A DNA stretch of 64,000 bases from Anthoceros angustus (lineage: Eukaryota > Plantae > Anthocerotophyta): the NCBI GenBank assembly GCA_010909165.1, contig MU008179.1, forward strand, positions 1,028,710 to 1,092,709, given 5' to 3'. Of the stretch, positions 11,419-25,000 are shown in pieces. Each line of letters starts with the position of its first letter. Position 1 is the stretch's first letter. Made by a program: the position numbers and the translations under genes. The notes under the pieces are model-generated. The model was not told the origin of the DNA. It saw only the letters and a list, made by a program, of their open reading frames with translations, and ran no database searches.

Positions 11419-11566
11419 CCATCCTCATGACCCTTCAACACACAGCTGTCAATATGGGAAACCCCCCTGCACGTGCCTCCATCAGCGTGGGAGAGTTCAC
11501 CAACAACAATCAACTACCAGAGAGATGGGTTTCCCCCCCACACCGCACGTCTATCAAGGCACAAGA

Positions 11567-11584
11567 TCCCCGGCAACGGCGCCA
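11567..11584 (-). other. Primer binding site, tRNA-Asp type (TGGCGCCGTTGCCGGGGA)
   Basis: Follows the LTR end CACA plus 4 T; this is the PBS sequence typical of Athila-lineage elements. Confidence 0.88.
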
Positions 11585-12840
11585 AAAATGTGGTGGGCAG
11601 ATCCCGGGGCTTCCGAGATTCACCCTGTAGCGTCCACACTTATCCCACTGTCGCTTAGCACGTTGGGTTTCGTCCCATGAGATCTTGGTTGTCAGCCGAG
11701 CGCTGAAGGTTCAACCCATGCACACATTTATTTACAACCACCCAGCCCCTCAACAAGCAAGGCATCATCCTACTTCCCTCAGCGGCTACACTACTTGCCT
11801 TGAAAATTCACCAATTCTGCCTACAACGACACGACACTATCGTAGGCCATGCCTCACAAGCGTGGAATCACCGTGGGCACCAGGGGACCCCGATCCGCAC
11901 CGCAATGTTATCCTCCCGGCGGGGCTAGCTCCTTACCCTTTGGAGCACGTTCTGCTTGTGATTTGGGACACCTCCTTAGGCTCGCCTTGGGCCTTGGCTA
12001 TGATCTACACGCTAAGTCCCTCCTCAATATTCGGTTCCTCTACCATCATCAACGCTTTTCTTCCCTACACACCTACTTACTCTCCTTCCATGACCTCCTA
12101 CTCTAATACCACTCTAGCTTATTGATTCCAACTCGCCCTTACGCGCCTGGGGTCCGTCTGAATCAACAAGTTTTCCTTGGGCGGTTCTTGTGTAGTTCAC
12201 GGACATGAGAACCTCCAGTCTTTCCTGCGGTCTACCCTCAAGAGAGTTCCTTGAGCATCGCCACACACTCAAAGCAAAGCAATTCACACAGCAACCATTC
12301 ACAAGGGGAGCAACTCGCAGAGACACTGCGGAGCAGGCCCTCCGCCAAGCACTCGACCGCAAACTCCCTCTCTACCGGGCCTTCGTTAGCTTGCGGCACG
12401 AACTTCCTTCACAAGGAGCAAAGGACTCGAGGTAGGGAGCGCAAGACACGATAATTTTACTTCACAAGCTCCCTCCTTTTGTAGGGAGGTCCTCACACAC
12501 CTCCACAGCGCGCCCTCACAGCCTGCCTCACTCCTTATTTTAGTGTATCCTAGAATTTTTAAGTTCGACATCCAAGCATCTTGGGTGAAATTCTATTCTA
12601 GCAAATTCTACCTATGTGAGCCTTAATGGCTCTGTCAACATTCCTATCCAGCTAGTCAACACACCCTCTTGGGTTGACAAGCATTAATCTGTCCTCCCTA
12701 AAGAAAAGTCTTCCCCTAAGCAATGAGCCCACGCTCCAAGCTACCACCACCCTCTTCAATTACCTCTAGATGCCGTCGCTTGGGTGATCCTACGGATGTA
12801 GGGCCACCCTCTACACCTCCTACGGACGTAGGGTCACTTC

Positions 12841-13972
12841 TTATGGCCCTACCGCCTCCACGCCTCCACCTCGAGAAGGTCTCCCGTGAGCGGATCTTGC
12901 TCCATGCCTTCCTCTTCCTCCTCCAGTCATCCTCACGGCTTGCTCATTCATTTCTTCCCATTCGACTCATCGACTCCACGTCTCGCTTGGGTCACAAGGT
13001 CCATGACCTTCAAACCTTACGCTTCTAGCATCCTTCTATCATCACCGTGGGGGTGCCAACCTCTCCCTCAAAGCTCTACCAGATCAGCCTTGATTCTAGC
13101 GGTCCTATTGGCCGAATTAACTTTGTAGGTTGCGATATTTGTTCTTCAAGTCTTCCAAGTCTGCCACTGGGCCCCCCACACTTCTCTTGCAAAGCCTCCC
13201 TTTCCACGCCATGCCCCACTTGTATGGACATAGCATGATACTTCTCCTCCGCATCGTGGGGCGCCTCAACATCCTCTTTTGCAAGGTATGATCGGCTCGA
13301 ACCTTCTCTTCGCACAACCAGCGGCGTACCATGTCCTCGGCTTTCTTGCGACTCTCTTCCTCTTGCGAGGCCCTACGATTAGCTTCTCTCACACCCCTTG
13401 GCTCCTTCCAACTCCGCTTGGAGGAGTCCCATGACTCTTGTAGGGTCTCCTTCTCCTTCTCAATTCTCCTACCTCGAGGTCCTTGCCATTTAATAACTCA
13501 TCCTTAGTCTCCAAGGCTCTGGACCTCCTTTACATCCTTCTTGGCCATCGCCATGGCACACACCAATTGTTGGACTTGTTCTCGCATCCCTCTCTTCTCC
13601 AAGACCCATCCTTCCTTCTCCTCAACCTTCCTTTCAAGCTCCATAATCGCAATCCCTCCCCGAGCCTCCTCATTTGGTCTTCCATATACATCGGATGTGT
13701 TGGCAGACCCCTGGATCATCCTTGCATCCCTATTTTCCGATTCCTTCTCCTGCCGTGGCATAGTGAAGTTTATGAAGCACTCCTCTATCATCTCCAAGTT
13801 GACATAGGGCCAGTGGCCATACACCCATTGCAATTGCACGTTGGGTTCTCCAAGAACTGCCGGAATGCTACCAAGTGCCTAGCCTCCACGTGCGAAGCAA
13901 TTAAATCTCATCCTCTTCTCCTGGCTCCCTAGCAACCAATTTGCCCTTCTTAGGTGTAGGCGCTTTCACCAT
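12841..13972 (-). pseudogene. Second copy of the LTR-encoded accessory gene (in the 5' LTR)
   Basis: ORFs 13504-13839, 13117-13392 and 13076-13315 match 457-1624. Confidence 0.8.
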
Positions 13973-15164
13973 CTTGCACCTTTAAAATCACTGCACAAAC
14001 AAGACAAGCTTGGGCACGCCCACGTGCTCGTTTCCACCTAGTGGTCACCTCAGTGCCTACACACAATTGCGAGATTTCTTCACTCGCCACACAAGATCCA
14101 CCAGGAGAGCAACTTCATCCCCTTTTCCACTTACTTCCTCTTCACTCCACAGTCCCACCTAGCTCAAACTTGGTGTCCTCACAACATACACCTCCTTACG
14201 TGCCCAAATCCCTCACTTGCAAGGTTCTGGGCACACAAAAAATCAGCGCCCTTGCTCTCTTCACAGTCGTGCGTCAAATCCCTTCACACACAACTCCTTA
14301 CGCACGCACACCACCTTCTCCTTGCACACACACGGCACCGCGTTCCCACCAAGTCCTTGCTCTAGCTTTCCGTGCATGCCCAAGCTCTTCCTCGCGATTC
14401 CTCACGGTGCCCTAGGTGCCACTCCTACACACCCGCTTGCATGGCCCTTTGGTAGTGACAAAAACTCTTGATATAGGCCGTTGATTCCTTGCCATGTGGC
14501 ACTATTTCCACCGTCCTCGATTTAGTAGCCCTACTTGTTATAAACACCCTACACTACCTGCCTTACATATTTATGGATAATTATTCCTAATATACCCTAT
14601 TTATCCTCAACCTTGCATACAGACCCTTTTAACAACTTCCTAGGTTGAAACCTGCCTAATACGAAAAGCTTGCTTCCCAAGTATCCAAGTAGGGTGTCGC
14701 GCCCACCTCCGCCCACGTAGGGAGACCAGGGGAGACACTCTCATGACACTCTCATCCTACCTACCTATCCAACTATATCCAACTACCGTCCGTAGGGAGT
14801 GTCACCCTACCTGCTACTTCACGACACTGTCCGTAGGGAGTGTCACCCTACCTGCTACTTCACGACACTCCTACCTGCTACTTCACCCCTACCTGCTACT
14901 TCACCCACCGTCCGTACTGCCCATGACCTATCTATGTAGGGTCACCTTTGTCACCCTACGTCTACTATGTAGGGTCACCTTTGTCACCCTACGTCTACTA
15001 TGTAGGGTCACCTTGTCACCCCACGTCTACTATGTAGGGTCACCTTTGTCACCCCTGCCCACTATGTAGGGTCACCTTTGTCACCCTACGTCTACTATGT
15101 AGGGTCACCTTTGTCACCCTACGTCTACTCTATGTCACCCTACGCCTACTCTATGTAGGGTTAG

Positions 15165-15370
15165 AAGAAGAAGAAGAATTTTATTTGAGTCCACTAAGGA
15201 CGGATTTCCGTCATGGGACTTGGTACTTGACAACTTGTACCATGGTGTGCCTAAGCTACTTGCACCAAGGGCATCCACTCCTTTAGGCACCCCATCTAAG
15301 CACCGATCTAGGCTCGGGATGCTTAATCACGGCGTTCATAAATGTGTGTCCATTTGGCCTAAGCCATTTG
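15165..15370 (-). mobile_element. ~205 bp retroposed insertion (SINE or 5'-truncated LINE-like) ending in AATAAA and a (TTC)n tail
   Basis: Absent from the 3' LTR, which reads GGGTTAG-CT-GACACCCC at ~2774-2790. Minus strand ends AAATAAAATTCTTCTTCTTCTTC. Confidence 0.6.
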
Positions 15371-16236
15371 GACACCCCACGACGCCAACCATCACCCTAC
15401 ATCTACCTTGTAGGATGCACCTCCCCTACGGGAGTGCCATGCCACGTCCACTACCACCCCTACACCTCCTTCGCGTAGGGTGCACCACTCAAACCTCTCC
15501 CAATTAGCTCTCATGTGACACGCCTATAATGTGAAACACCCCACACAAAAGGTGCCCCATCCCGGTACTAATCCACCCCTAGGACGCTTAACTCGAGTTC
15601 TTACATTCCATTGTCCAACACACCCAATTGACTTGTGCATAACACTCATCAAGAATAAAATGAACTTATCCTCGGTGAACTTCTCACGCCTCCACAACAT
15701 CTCGTACCAACCCTCCTTGCTATCCATTTCTCCTCGCGGCCATCACACGGCCTCCCTTCACTTTCACTTGCAGCCCCACTGCAAATTCCGCCGTCGTGAT
15801 GCACACCCCGTGGTGATCTCTTCCCCATGTTGCAGCCCACCTGCAACACCCTTCCTGTGGTCTTGCCTCTACCTAGATCTCTACTTGCACTCACTTGAGT
15901 CTGAGCTTCCACCAAGAAATACCCAGCAATTCCTTTGGCACTTTTCCGAGTTCGTTTTGATCCAAGTTTTGTCAACTCCAACCAAAAAAAAATGAATGGC
16001 CCAAAGTTTTGCATTTCACACCGGGCTCCCTCTAGAGTGTAGTCCGTAGCTCCTCCGGAGTGTGCTCCAGAGTCCTTCGGCCTACTCCGGAGTCCCTCGA
16101 TCTACTCCGGAGTGCAGTCCGGAGTGCTCCGGACTTATTTCTTCCTTTCCGCCTTATTTTCTACTCCACCCCTACGAAAAAAAACAAAACTTAACTCATT
16201 TCCTACCCCATGGGAGAGTCCGCGGTCCACACCATG

Positions 16237-18029
16237 TTATCTCCCCGCCCTTCTCCGATTTGGTCGCCTGGCCCTTCGTCCTCTGCTGCTAAATCCATGG
16301 GCCCTCCTTCCTCGTTGCTGGTCTGGTGAATCCTCCCATAAACTCTCCACCGTTTTTCCATGAACCCAAGTCCCAGCTCTCTCACCAATTCTCCAGCTCG
16401 GACCCTCCATTAGTCCATATTGGGCCATTGGGCTGTCGAAATTTCCGCTGCGGCCTTGGGCGCCATGCTCCTGCAAAAACCTCACTGCTCACGGCGCCTC
16501 GAATTGCTGATAGCTCGCCTCAGAATCTCCAACTTGGTCGGTCCCCCAGGGTTTCTTCCTTCCCAAACTCGCGAGCTTCCCGCCACTGTGGCCGCCTTCT
16601 TGACCTCGATCTGAGCTCTGTTACCTGTCGGAATTGCAGGAGCTACCAGGTTGCCGCGCGCGATGCCTTCCGAGTTCCCTTAGGGTTATATTTCCCCGAA
16701 ACTCCTCCTACCACGGTAGGAGTTCCTACCGGGGCCGTTTCTTCTTCCTCACCCCTTCCTGGGGTGATTCTCTCCCCCTGTGAAGCTCCTCCCGCTTCAC
16801 TCGCTTCTTCCTGGTGCGAAGTTCCTTCACCCCTGTTGCTTGGGACACTCTCCGCTCGCCTACCTGCAATTTCTCTTGCTTGATAGGTCCTTGTCTTTTC
16901 GCCTCCGTCTTTAAGAATTCAACTCTCCTCTTGGCGGCTCCTATGTCTACCTTGCTGAACATCTCCCCTATGCGCAGCATCTCTTCCAACATGTCTAAGT
17001 GTCCTTTCTTACCCCCGGGAGACTCAGGGCCTTTGCCTTGCTCATGGGATCTTACATCCCTTGCTTCCCTATGATGAGCTCCCCGCTCATCACTTGGTGG
17101 GGCAACTCTTCCCACCGTGACTCCATCCGCTCGCCCACCTAACGGGGCCGGTTGCCTTCTTATCTCCCGCTTGGGAGCTTCCAAACCATGACTTCCTTTC
17201 CCTCCTACCGTGGTAGGAGGTGCTCCTACCACCGTAGGACTACTTCCTACTGTGGTAGGACTAGTTCCTACCACCGTAGGTCTTGTCATGAGAGGGCGAG
17301 AGGGGTCCCAAACCACTGTGGGAACACCTCCCACCGTGGTGATCTCTTCCCACCGTGGTAGGATCTATCCTACCTTCCATCTCCGCATCTTCTGCGGTCC
17401 AAACTTCAAATCCCCCTACAACTTCTCCTTGCAAGTCCTCCTGCACATCCTCTGGCCTATCTTTTGGAGGGATTCCTTCCAGCAACAATGTTCCAGGTGG
17501 TGCTGCGGGTACCTCCTTTAGCTGCAAAGCACCAAGCAATCCCTGTCCCTCTCCCGACTGTAAGTATACAACGTTAAAGGGATGCTTGGAATCATCCAAC
17601 TCCTTACTTGTGAGCAGCCCCTCTACTTCCCACAAATGCACTAGATAAGTGCTAAGATAGCACGGCCGTGGACTACCTTTATCCGACGCGTTGGGTTTCA
17701 GCAACTTTTCCCGGTGGTAGATGTATGCTTCATACATGATGAGCCCCCAATCCGGCTTCACTCCTTGAGTGATCTTCCATAGAAAATGGAGGAAGGTGGT
17801 GCTGAAGTATGACACTCTCGGATTGCTCACCAGGTCCAAAACAATCCTTGTGAACAATCTTTACTTGGGCTCCAATATCTGGTCCGTCCGCCAACCGTTC
17901 TTGGATTTAGCCTTCATTCCCCCTTGCATAAGTGTGAGGGCTCCCTTAGGAAGGTCCACCGTTGATGCACGCTTGCCTCCACTTGTTCCTTCCATCAACG
18001 TGATCCCGCTATCCTTGCTATCCAGCCTG
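16237..18029 (-). pseudogene. C-terminal half of the element B accessory gene
   Basis: RLDSKDSGITLMEG, KNGWRTD, KITQGVKPDWGLIMYEAY, CYLSTYLVHLWEVEGLLTSKEL; matches 47690-48110. Confidence 0.75.
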
Positions 18030-19073
18030 ATCCTACCGCCGTAGGAGTAACTCCTACCGTGGTAGGAGAAGGGGGAAAACGCCTACCATGGTAGGAGGGT
18101 GTCCTACCACGGTAGGAGATGGGTTGGTAAGGAAAGTAGCTTATGTTTTAGGCAGGATAGGCTTGCTGTACATAGGGTCTTTTAGTGGACTAGATAAATA
18201 GGCCAAAATAGGTAATTAAGAAATTAGAGGCTAATTTTTAGTAATTAGAAATTAGGAAAATAAGGGAAAATGGTATTTTAGCATAAGGGGATTAGGAAAC
18301 TAGCATCAACGGTGGGAAGGGTGCCACGTGGCACACATCCAAGGGCAGGATAGAATGGTAGTTACTTTTTTTAACCCTTGGGTGACTTATAAAAGTGGCT
18401 GCAGGTGCCTGTAGGAGGCCATATCTCAGAAACTCAACAAGACAGCCTCACTGCAGGAAGGCGCCGCCACATCGCAAGCTTCCCAAGGCCCCCATACAGC
18501 AACGCGCCGTACACGCGCCCGTGTTGAGGAGGAGAAGAAGGGCGCGAGCCCAACAAGGCGGCGGAAATCCGCCAGGCGCCCAAGAGAAAGGGCAGGAGGA
18601 AATTGAGGAAGAGGAGAAGGGAGAAGAAGGTTGGGGCGCAACCCAACACTTGCCAAGCTCGTGAGGGTGCCTAGGAGGGTGGAGCGTGGTAGGATTGCTA
18701 GGAAAACGTGAAGGAAGAGCTCCTAAATTGCTGTGGCAGGTGTAAGAGTCCATTGGAGAATTTTGGTGAGCTTTCTCTTGTAGGAGAAATTGGGGTTTTT
18801 GAGGACGTCAAGGTGTAAGGGCTGCAGGAGGAGAGCAAGGACAAGGACCTTGGTGCTGTGATCAGGAGCAAATCGCTGAGGAGGAGAAACGTTTGCAAGG
18901 ATAGGAAGCTGGCAAGTGCTGCAGAAATTGCAGGAGAAGCATCTCTTTTCTTCAATTTCACGCAAGTACTAACCAAGGAGGCCATGACCAAGCCTACCAT
19001 GACCAAGGGCAAGGAGGTAGTTGCCAAGGAAGGAGCGTCCACCAAGGGAGGTGGCGCAAGAGCGGGTAAGAAG

Positions 19074-22000
19074 TGATGAAATATGACCTATTTAGGGCAC
19101 TCTTCACTAGGGCACCTAAGACTATTAATTAACTTAGTTCTTAGGGCTTTAGGTAGTCTATTGAGTAGTTAGTTGTTACAACCACTTAGAGGTTAGAACT
19201 ACTTATGGTTACAACCACCTTATGGTTGTAACCACTTAGCCTATATAAAGGCTTTGTACTTTCTATTATAATCAATGCATACAACTCTTTTTGTGCAAAG
19301 CTTTCTACTATCTGCTTGCTATGTTTTGCTACCTAGAGCAGCTATGATTCTCATCATGGTATCAGAGCATTCTGCTCTCTATTTGCATTGGGCAACTTGA
19401 CATGCTGATCTACTCTTCTTCTTCATCTTCTTCTTCATTTCTTTTTAGAAGATGCATAGATTCTTTAGATTGCATGTCATAGATTGTTGTCATGTTTGCA
19501 GGTTCCTTAATCTTCAATAATGCACACACAGTGCATCCAATCCTTGCTTCAACGCGATGGACCCCTTCAATCCTCGCAAGCAAGGCTATTGGAAGAAGAT
19601 TAAGGCTGCAAGACAAGAGATAGAATATAGGAATGCAAAGATTAGAATTGCTAGGAAGTCTAGTAAGATAGTAGGAGATTCCATACTTATTGCTAACTTC
19701 ATTGGCTCTATTCTAATCAAAGTAGAAGATCAAGGGAGGCAGATAGAAATTGCTAGAAGAAACTTGCTTACTATCTTTAGTTTAAGTCAAGTGAAAGCAA
19801 TTGAACTCGCTCTTGATCATATCCCAAATCTACAAGTGTCCTCTTCCTCGCTGCTCCAATGCAGTTCACAACGCAACAAGCATAGAGGAGTTAGCAAGAG
19901 AAGTGCGTGATCTCAATAAGCGCCTCCTTGAGCATCGATCCAAACATGCCGAGTGTCTTCATCACAAACTTTCCCTTCTTTCGACAAACACGCCAAGAGA
20001 GAAAAGGTTTCTTCTTGTTTTGCTCCTTGCCTGATGTTCTGCATGATGATGAGGAAATGCGAGGCGCTGCACTCTAAGTCGCAATGACCACCGCAATGGC
20101 TGGTTCCGGACGTGACGACGATCGAGAGAGAGAGGAGAGGAAGGATCCACCCAAAGATGAAGTACGACCTTCCGTGGTGAATCACAACTATGGTGAGTTT
20201 AAGGAGAAGGACAGATTCAATGGGCGGCGTGACGTTTGGCGCTGCGAATCGTGCACTTTTCCGCAATCGAGACCTATGGGACGTTGTAAGTGGGTCCACA
20301 CCAAACCACAGCTAGAGCAAAGAAAGGGACGCCAGGATGAAAAAGCTCAAGACCTCGATCGGTGGACTAGCACTTAATATGGTAAGACAATGCGTCAAGC
20401 AAAACTTCTAAAGATGTGGGATCACCTTGCTCTTATATTCTTCAAGAGATGTGATGAGTATGATGACGCAACTTCTTCAATCAAGATGAAGGAATCGAGT
20501 CGAACACCATATCAACACTTTCCGAAGCTAGATCTCAATATGAAGCCGCCACCAACACCTCCGCCTCTCGAACTTGTTGCATTCCTTGTTCTCTTGATTT
20601 CCCTCCCACCCTCCTAGACCATTTCTCACCACACGTGGTTCGACAAGCCCAAAAGAATTGCGGCTGGCGAAGACCTCGACATCGTGTCGCAGAACTCATC
20701 GGAGCCATGATTCGAGGAGTCCAGCTTATGAGCCCAAGTCCAGCCGGTGAATGTCTGGAAGAGGCGAGGAAGAGGCGGCAAAAGTTCTCCTTCCAATAGA
20801 CGCTTATTCCACACCAAACAAATATCATGGCGAATCCAACTCTTCCACACCTTCCGTGGTAACAAAAGAGTGGAATTATTTGTAATTGGTGCGAATTCCT
20901 AATCACATGGAAAAGGATTGTAGAAAGAAGAAGAATGGGAACCTAGATCGAGGCTCCGCTCATGTTGCTTCGAAGAAACACTCTTCATCAACAACACGTG
21001 TGCTCACTATTTGCCTTGCATCCTCTAAGCCGGCCACCGTTTATTGGTACCTGGACAGTGGAGCAACATCACATATCTGCTACAACAAAGACTCCTTTGG
21101 GTCATACACCCCAGCCACAGGACATCCGACTGTTCTCCTGGGCGGTGATCACACCCTTCCCATAGCGGGCCTAGGTTCTGTTGTCCTCAGATGTGATTCA
21201 GGTCAGACTCTTCATCTTCACCAAGTCCTCCATGTTCCTCCCATGTGCAAAAACCTAGTGTCAGCCGCTAGTCTTTGCAAAGAACACAACATGTAGGTCC
21301 TTTTATATGCCGATAGCTGTTCCCTTTCCTACCTCAAGAATAGAACACACATATCTCTGACCGGCATCTTAGAAGATGGACTCTATAGATTGTCGAAAGT
21401 AGGAGCCACACATTCGTCAATGTAGCCTCCCAACATTCTCGCACAACCAACACACACGATGCTCGGCATTGTAGATTAGGTCACCTAATAGTCGGTTACT
21501 CCAAATGTCTAGAGACAACAGATAGAACACCTGTCTCTCCAAGGTTCACAACTTAGATTGGTGCGAAACTGTGTCCTCACAAACGTCACGAACCTTTCAA
21601 AATCCATCTCCTCAAAGGGCCAAGTCACCTTTAGAGATAGTACACACAGACATTTGTGGACCCCTCTCTACACCCTCCTTAGGGTAGTAGATACTTCTTA
21701 ACTTTCACCGACGACTATTCCGCGCCTCCCTACATCCTCACCCAAAAGAGTGAAACTTATCGTTTTCAAGGATTACATGGCATGGGCGAAAGGCTTACGA
21801 TCACAAACTCAAGACCTTACGTTCCGACAACGGTGGAGAGTTTACATCTCATAGATTTGCTGAATTTTGTCGATAAGGCGTAGCTCAACAATTAAGTGTA
21901 GTATACACTCCTCAGCAAAATGGCGTTGCAGAAAATAAGAATCTCCGCCTCCAAGAGATTACAGTTGCTGTTAACACAAGCTAACTTATCCAAAGCTTAT

Positions 22001-25000
22001 TGGTGAGGCCCTCCTTACAGCAACCTATCTCATGAATCGCCGACTTCCTCGTTCAAGGTATGACTCCATATGAAGCATTCACGGCAACAAGCCTTCCATA
22101 GATCACCTTCAATTTTTGGATCTCCCGCATATGTCTTTATCCCTAAAGTACAACGCAAGAAGTTAGATCCAAAAGCTGCCAAATATCTATTTATTGGCTA
22201 CAAGGCATCAAAGGTTACAAGCTATTTGAACCCACAACACGGAAGCTTATATATGCCGAGTGTTACTTTTCATGAGTCTTACCTCTTTTCCCAGAAGGGA
22301 GCTGGTACATCCCCGAGGACGTCTCTTCAAGAGCCCTCGATACCTCCTCATTTGATGATACCGATTATATCACTCAATTTCCAGTTCCCGCCCACGTGTT
22401 CCGTAGTTGAACCTCTTGCAGGAGGAGGAGGAGTTAGCATCTATTCCACATGAAACACCACCGATGGCGACAACATTCAAGTCGAGGAGCCAGTTGACAC
22501 TCTTATGAAGAGCATGATGACCCTCCGTGAATGACATGGAGCACCATGATCCTATTGATGTTCCGCTCCGTGGAAGATGCACCGTAACCTACACAAAGGT
22601 ACAACTTAAGAACCCGGCCCCGCAATCCGGACCCGCAGGATGGAAGGAACCTCCTTTAGGATATCTAGCTGTTTTTGATGATCCTATTCCCCTGTATCAC
22701 TTTACTCACAAGTCGTATACAAGGCAACCATAGATCGGAAGAACCTCTTACCTTAAAACAAGCTTTCTCTTCTCGAAAAAGCCTTATGGAAGGTAGAGAT
22801 TAATATAACTCTCTCATTAGCAACTCTACATGGGAATTGGTTAAGCCACCTAAGGGTAGGAAGATAGTCACCAGCAAATGGGTATTCAAAATTAAGAGAA
22901 AAGGAGATGGTTCCATTGAGAGATACAAAGCACGCCTTGTGGCCAGGGGATTCACCCAGATACCGGGTTTAGATTACCTCCCATGGGCCACATTCGCTCC
23001 AGTAGCAAAGTTTGCTTCCCTTAGAATAATCTTCGCCTTAACAGCCCATCATGATCTTGAGCTTCATATGATGGATGTGAAGACAACATATCTCTATGGC
23101 CGTCTTCAAGAAGAAATCTACATGAAACAGCCCGAAGGTTATGAGGTTAAAGGCAAGGAAGATTGGGTATGCAGACTAATTAAAGGCTTGTATGGCTCAA
23201 GCAACTGGTAAAATTGGAATATGGACATACATGTGAAACTCATCAAAGAGGCTTCCGCAAAGTGATGCCGATGCATGCATGTATATCCTAATATCGTGCA
23301 ATGATACCTTTTACTTATTGCTCTCGTCGGACGTATTCATGGCCACAAACTCTCTTACTCTCCTAGCCGAGATCAAAAGGCGGCTCAAGACTTTTATGAA
23401 ATGTCCGATTTAGGAGAAATGACATATGCACTTGGTGTCAACATTATTAGAGATCGAGCAAACAAGACTCGAGTATTGTTCAAACCAAGTACATTAAAGA
23501 AAGTTTAACCAAGTTTGGACTTGAAGATGCGAAACCCGCCTACACCTTTGCTAGCGGGTCGCTTACCATGGATATGAGTCCAAAGACACAAGATAAGTTG
23601 GAAATGTCGGTCCCATATCGACATGTTGGCACACTTATATATTTATCCAACTTCACTCGACCGGATATATCTTCAAGTCCCCATTCACACCGGAGAACCG
23701 ACGTGAACACCGGATGTCAACTAAGCGCATATTCGATACCTCAAGGGTACCATGCACACAGGATTGACATTCAAGTATACACCGCATAAAGACGTTGACA
23801 TTAAAACTTACCGACGCCGACTAGACTTGACACACGCAGATCCGTATCGTGTACGCGTCGCTATTGGGGAGCACATATCCCGGTCAAGTAAGAAACAACC
23901 AACCATAGCCTTGTCCAAAGACCGAGTCGAGTATAGAGTACTAACCTCGGTTGCTAAAGACATAGTATGGACTAGGCTAACCTTGAGTGAACTTCATCAC
24001 AAGGTGAAAAGCCCACCTTGTTGTTGAGTGATAGTCGTGGAGCTATAGCCTTGTCAAGGAACCATCTTCCACTCTAGAACTAAACATATTGCAATATCAT
24101 TATATCGAGAGAAAATAGAGGATAAAACTATAGATATTAGTTATGTTCAAACTTTAGATAATTGATTTATTAACAAAGTCACTAGGCATTGAATCGCACA
24201 GAAACATATGAAATGTTTAGGTATATTGGACACATTGTCTAAGCCTCCATATAGTTCATCCTACTAAATTGGTCTACTTGAGATAACCTTAGTAGTCCAA
24301 TATTCTATTCTAAGTCTTGAACAATCATCCTCAATCTTAACATAGGCTCAGATCCTCTCCTCTCCTTCATACATAGTTGAGGTGCTCTCGAAAAAATAAT
24401 ATTAAAATATTAAATAATATTTTGCTAATTAAAACTTTTCATATTTTCTTAACCTCAAGAATACTCACGATAGACATGGATCATATGCCGGAAATTCTTC
24501 ACAAACAGATACATAACCCGTATCATATGTATCTTAGTTTCGGCAAACATAGGAGCATGGTGGTACGGTCCGCTCTCCCTTTCATATTAGTGATTATATA
24601 GATGAGCTTCACATCATCACCCTTGGGATATATGCCGGTTTAATCCTATGTTTCCTATTCTATGTCTTCTTCGAAAAGAAACCTAAAATGGGCAAGTTTT
24701 AGCAAGAGAAAATAAGTTAGAACACCTTTTTAGAGTCACAAAAGCATGTCTACCTTTTCATTTTTCTCATTTTCTTCATTTTCATTTTCATTTTCCTTTT
24801 TCCCATAATTTTCCATACATAAATCTGCAAAATAGTATCAGAAAATTCATCACAATTAATATTTTTGAACTGGAAAATGGTCATTTGAAGATGCCCACAA
24901 ACGGGCTTACAACTAGGTGCCTCTCCTCAAAAGGGGGCATCATCTGCCCAAGGTGCCTCCCTTCACGACAGGGGGACACCTTATTACACACAATCTATCT

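Larger units (their letters stand above)
1..16020 (-). mobile_element. Element A: Ty3/Gypsy non-chromovirus (Athila-like) LTR retrotransposon with ~4.4 kb LTRs; left end lies outside the window
   Basis: Minus-strand order is LTR, PBS, gag, PR, RT, RH, INT, PPT, LTR. Bases 1-3422 repeat 12402-16020. Termini read TGTG...CACA. No chromodomain follows the integrase. Confidence 0.93.
11589..16020 (-). repeat. 5' LTR of element A (4432 bp, TGTG...CACA)
   Basis: Bounded by the PBS on one side and loss of identity to the 3' LTR on the other; outer flank CCGGG is the candidate TSD. Confidence 0.9.

Noticed and set aside
11567-11584. tRNA gene
   Set aside because: Only the 18 nt complement of a tRNA 3' end is present, which is a PBS.
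12690-16020. 3' region of a second tandem element sharing a 1.1 kb LTR
   Set aside because: Identity ends exactly at CACA (16020 and 3422) next to a clear PPT, and homologous TG starts with unrelated flanks occur at 26675 and 46257. A single giant LTR fits better.
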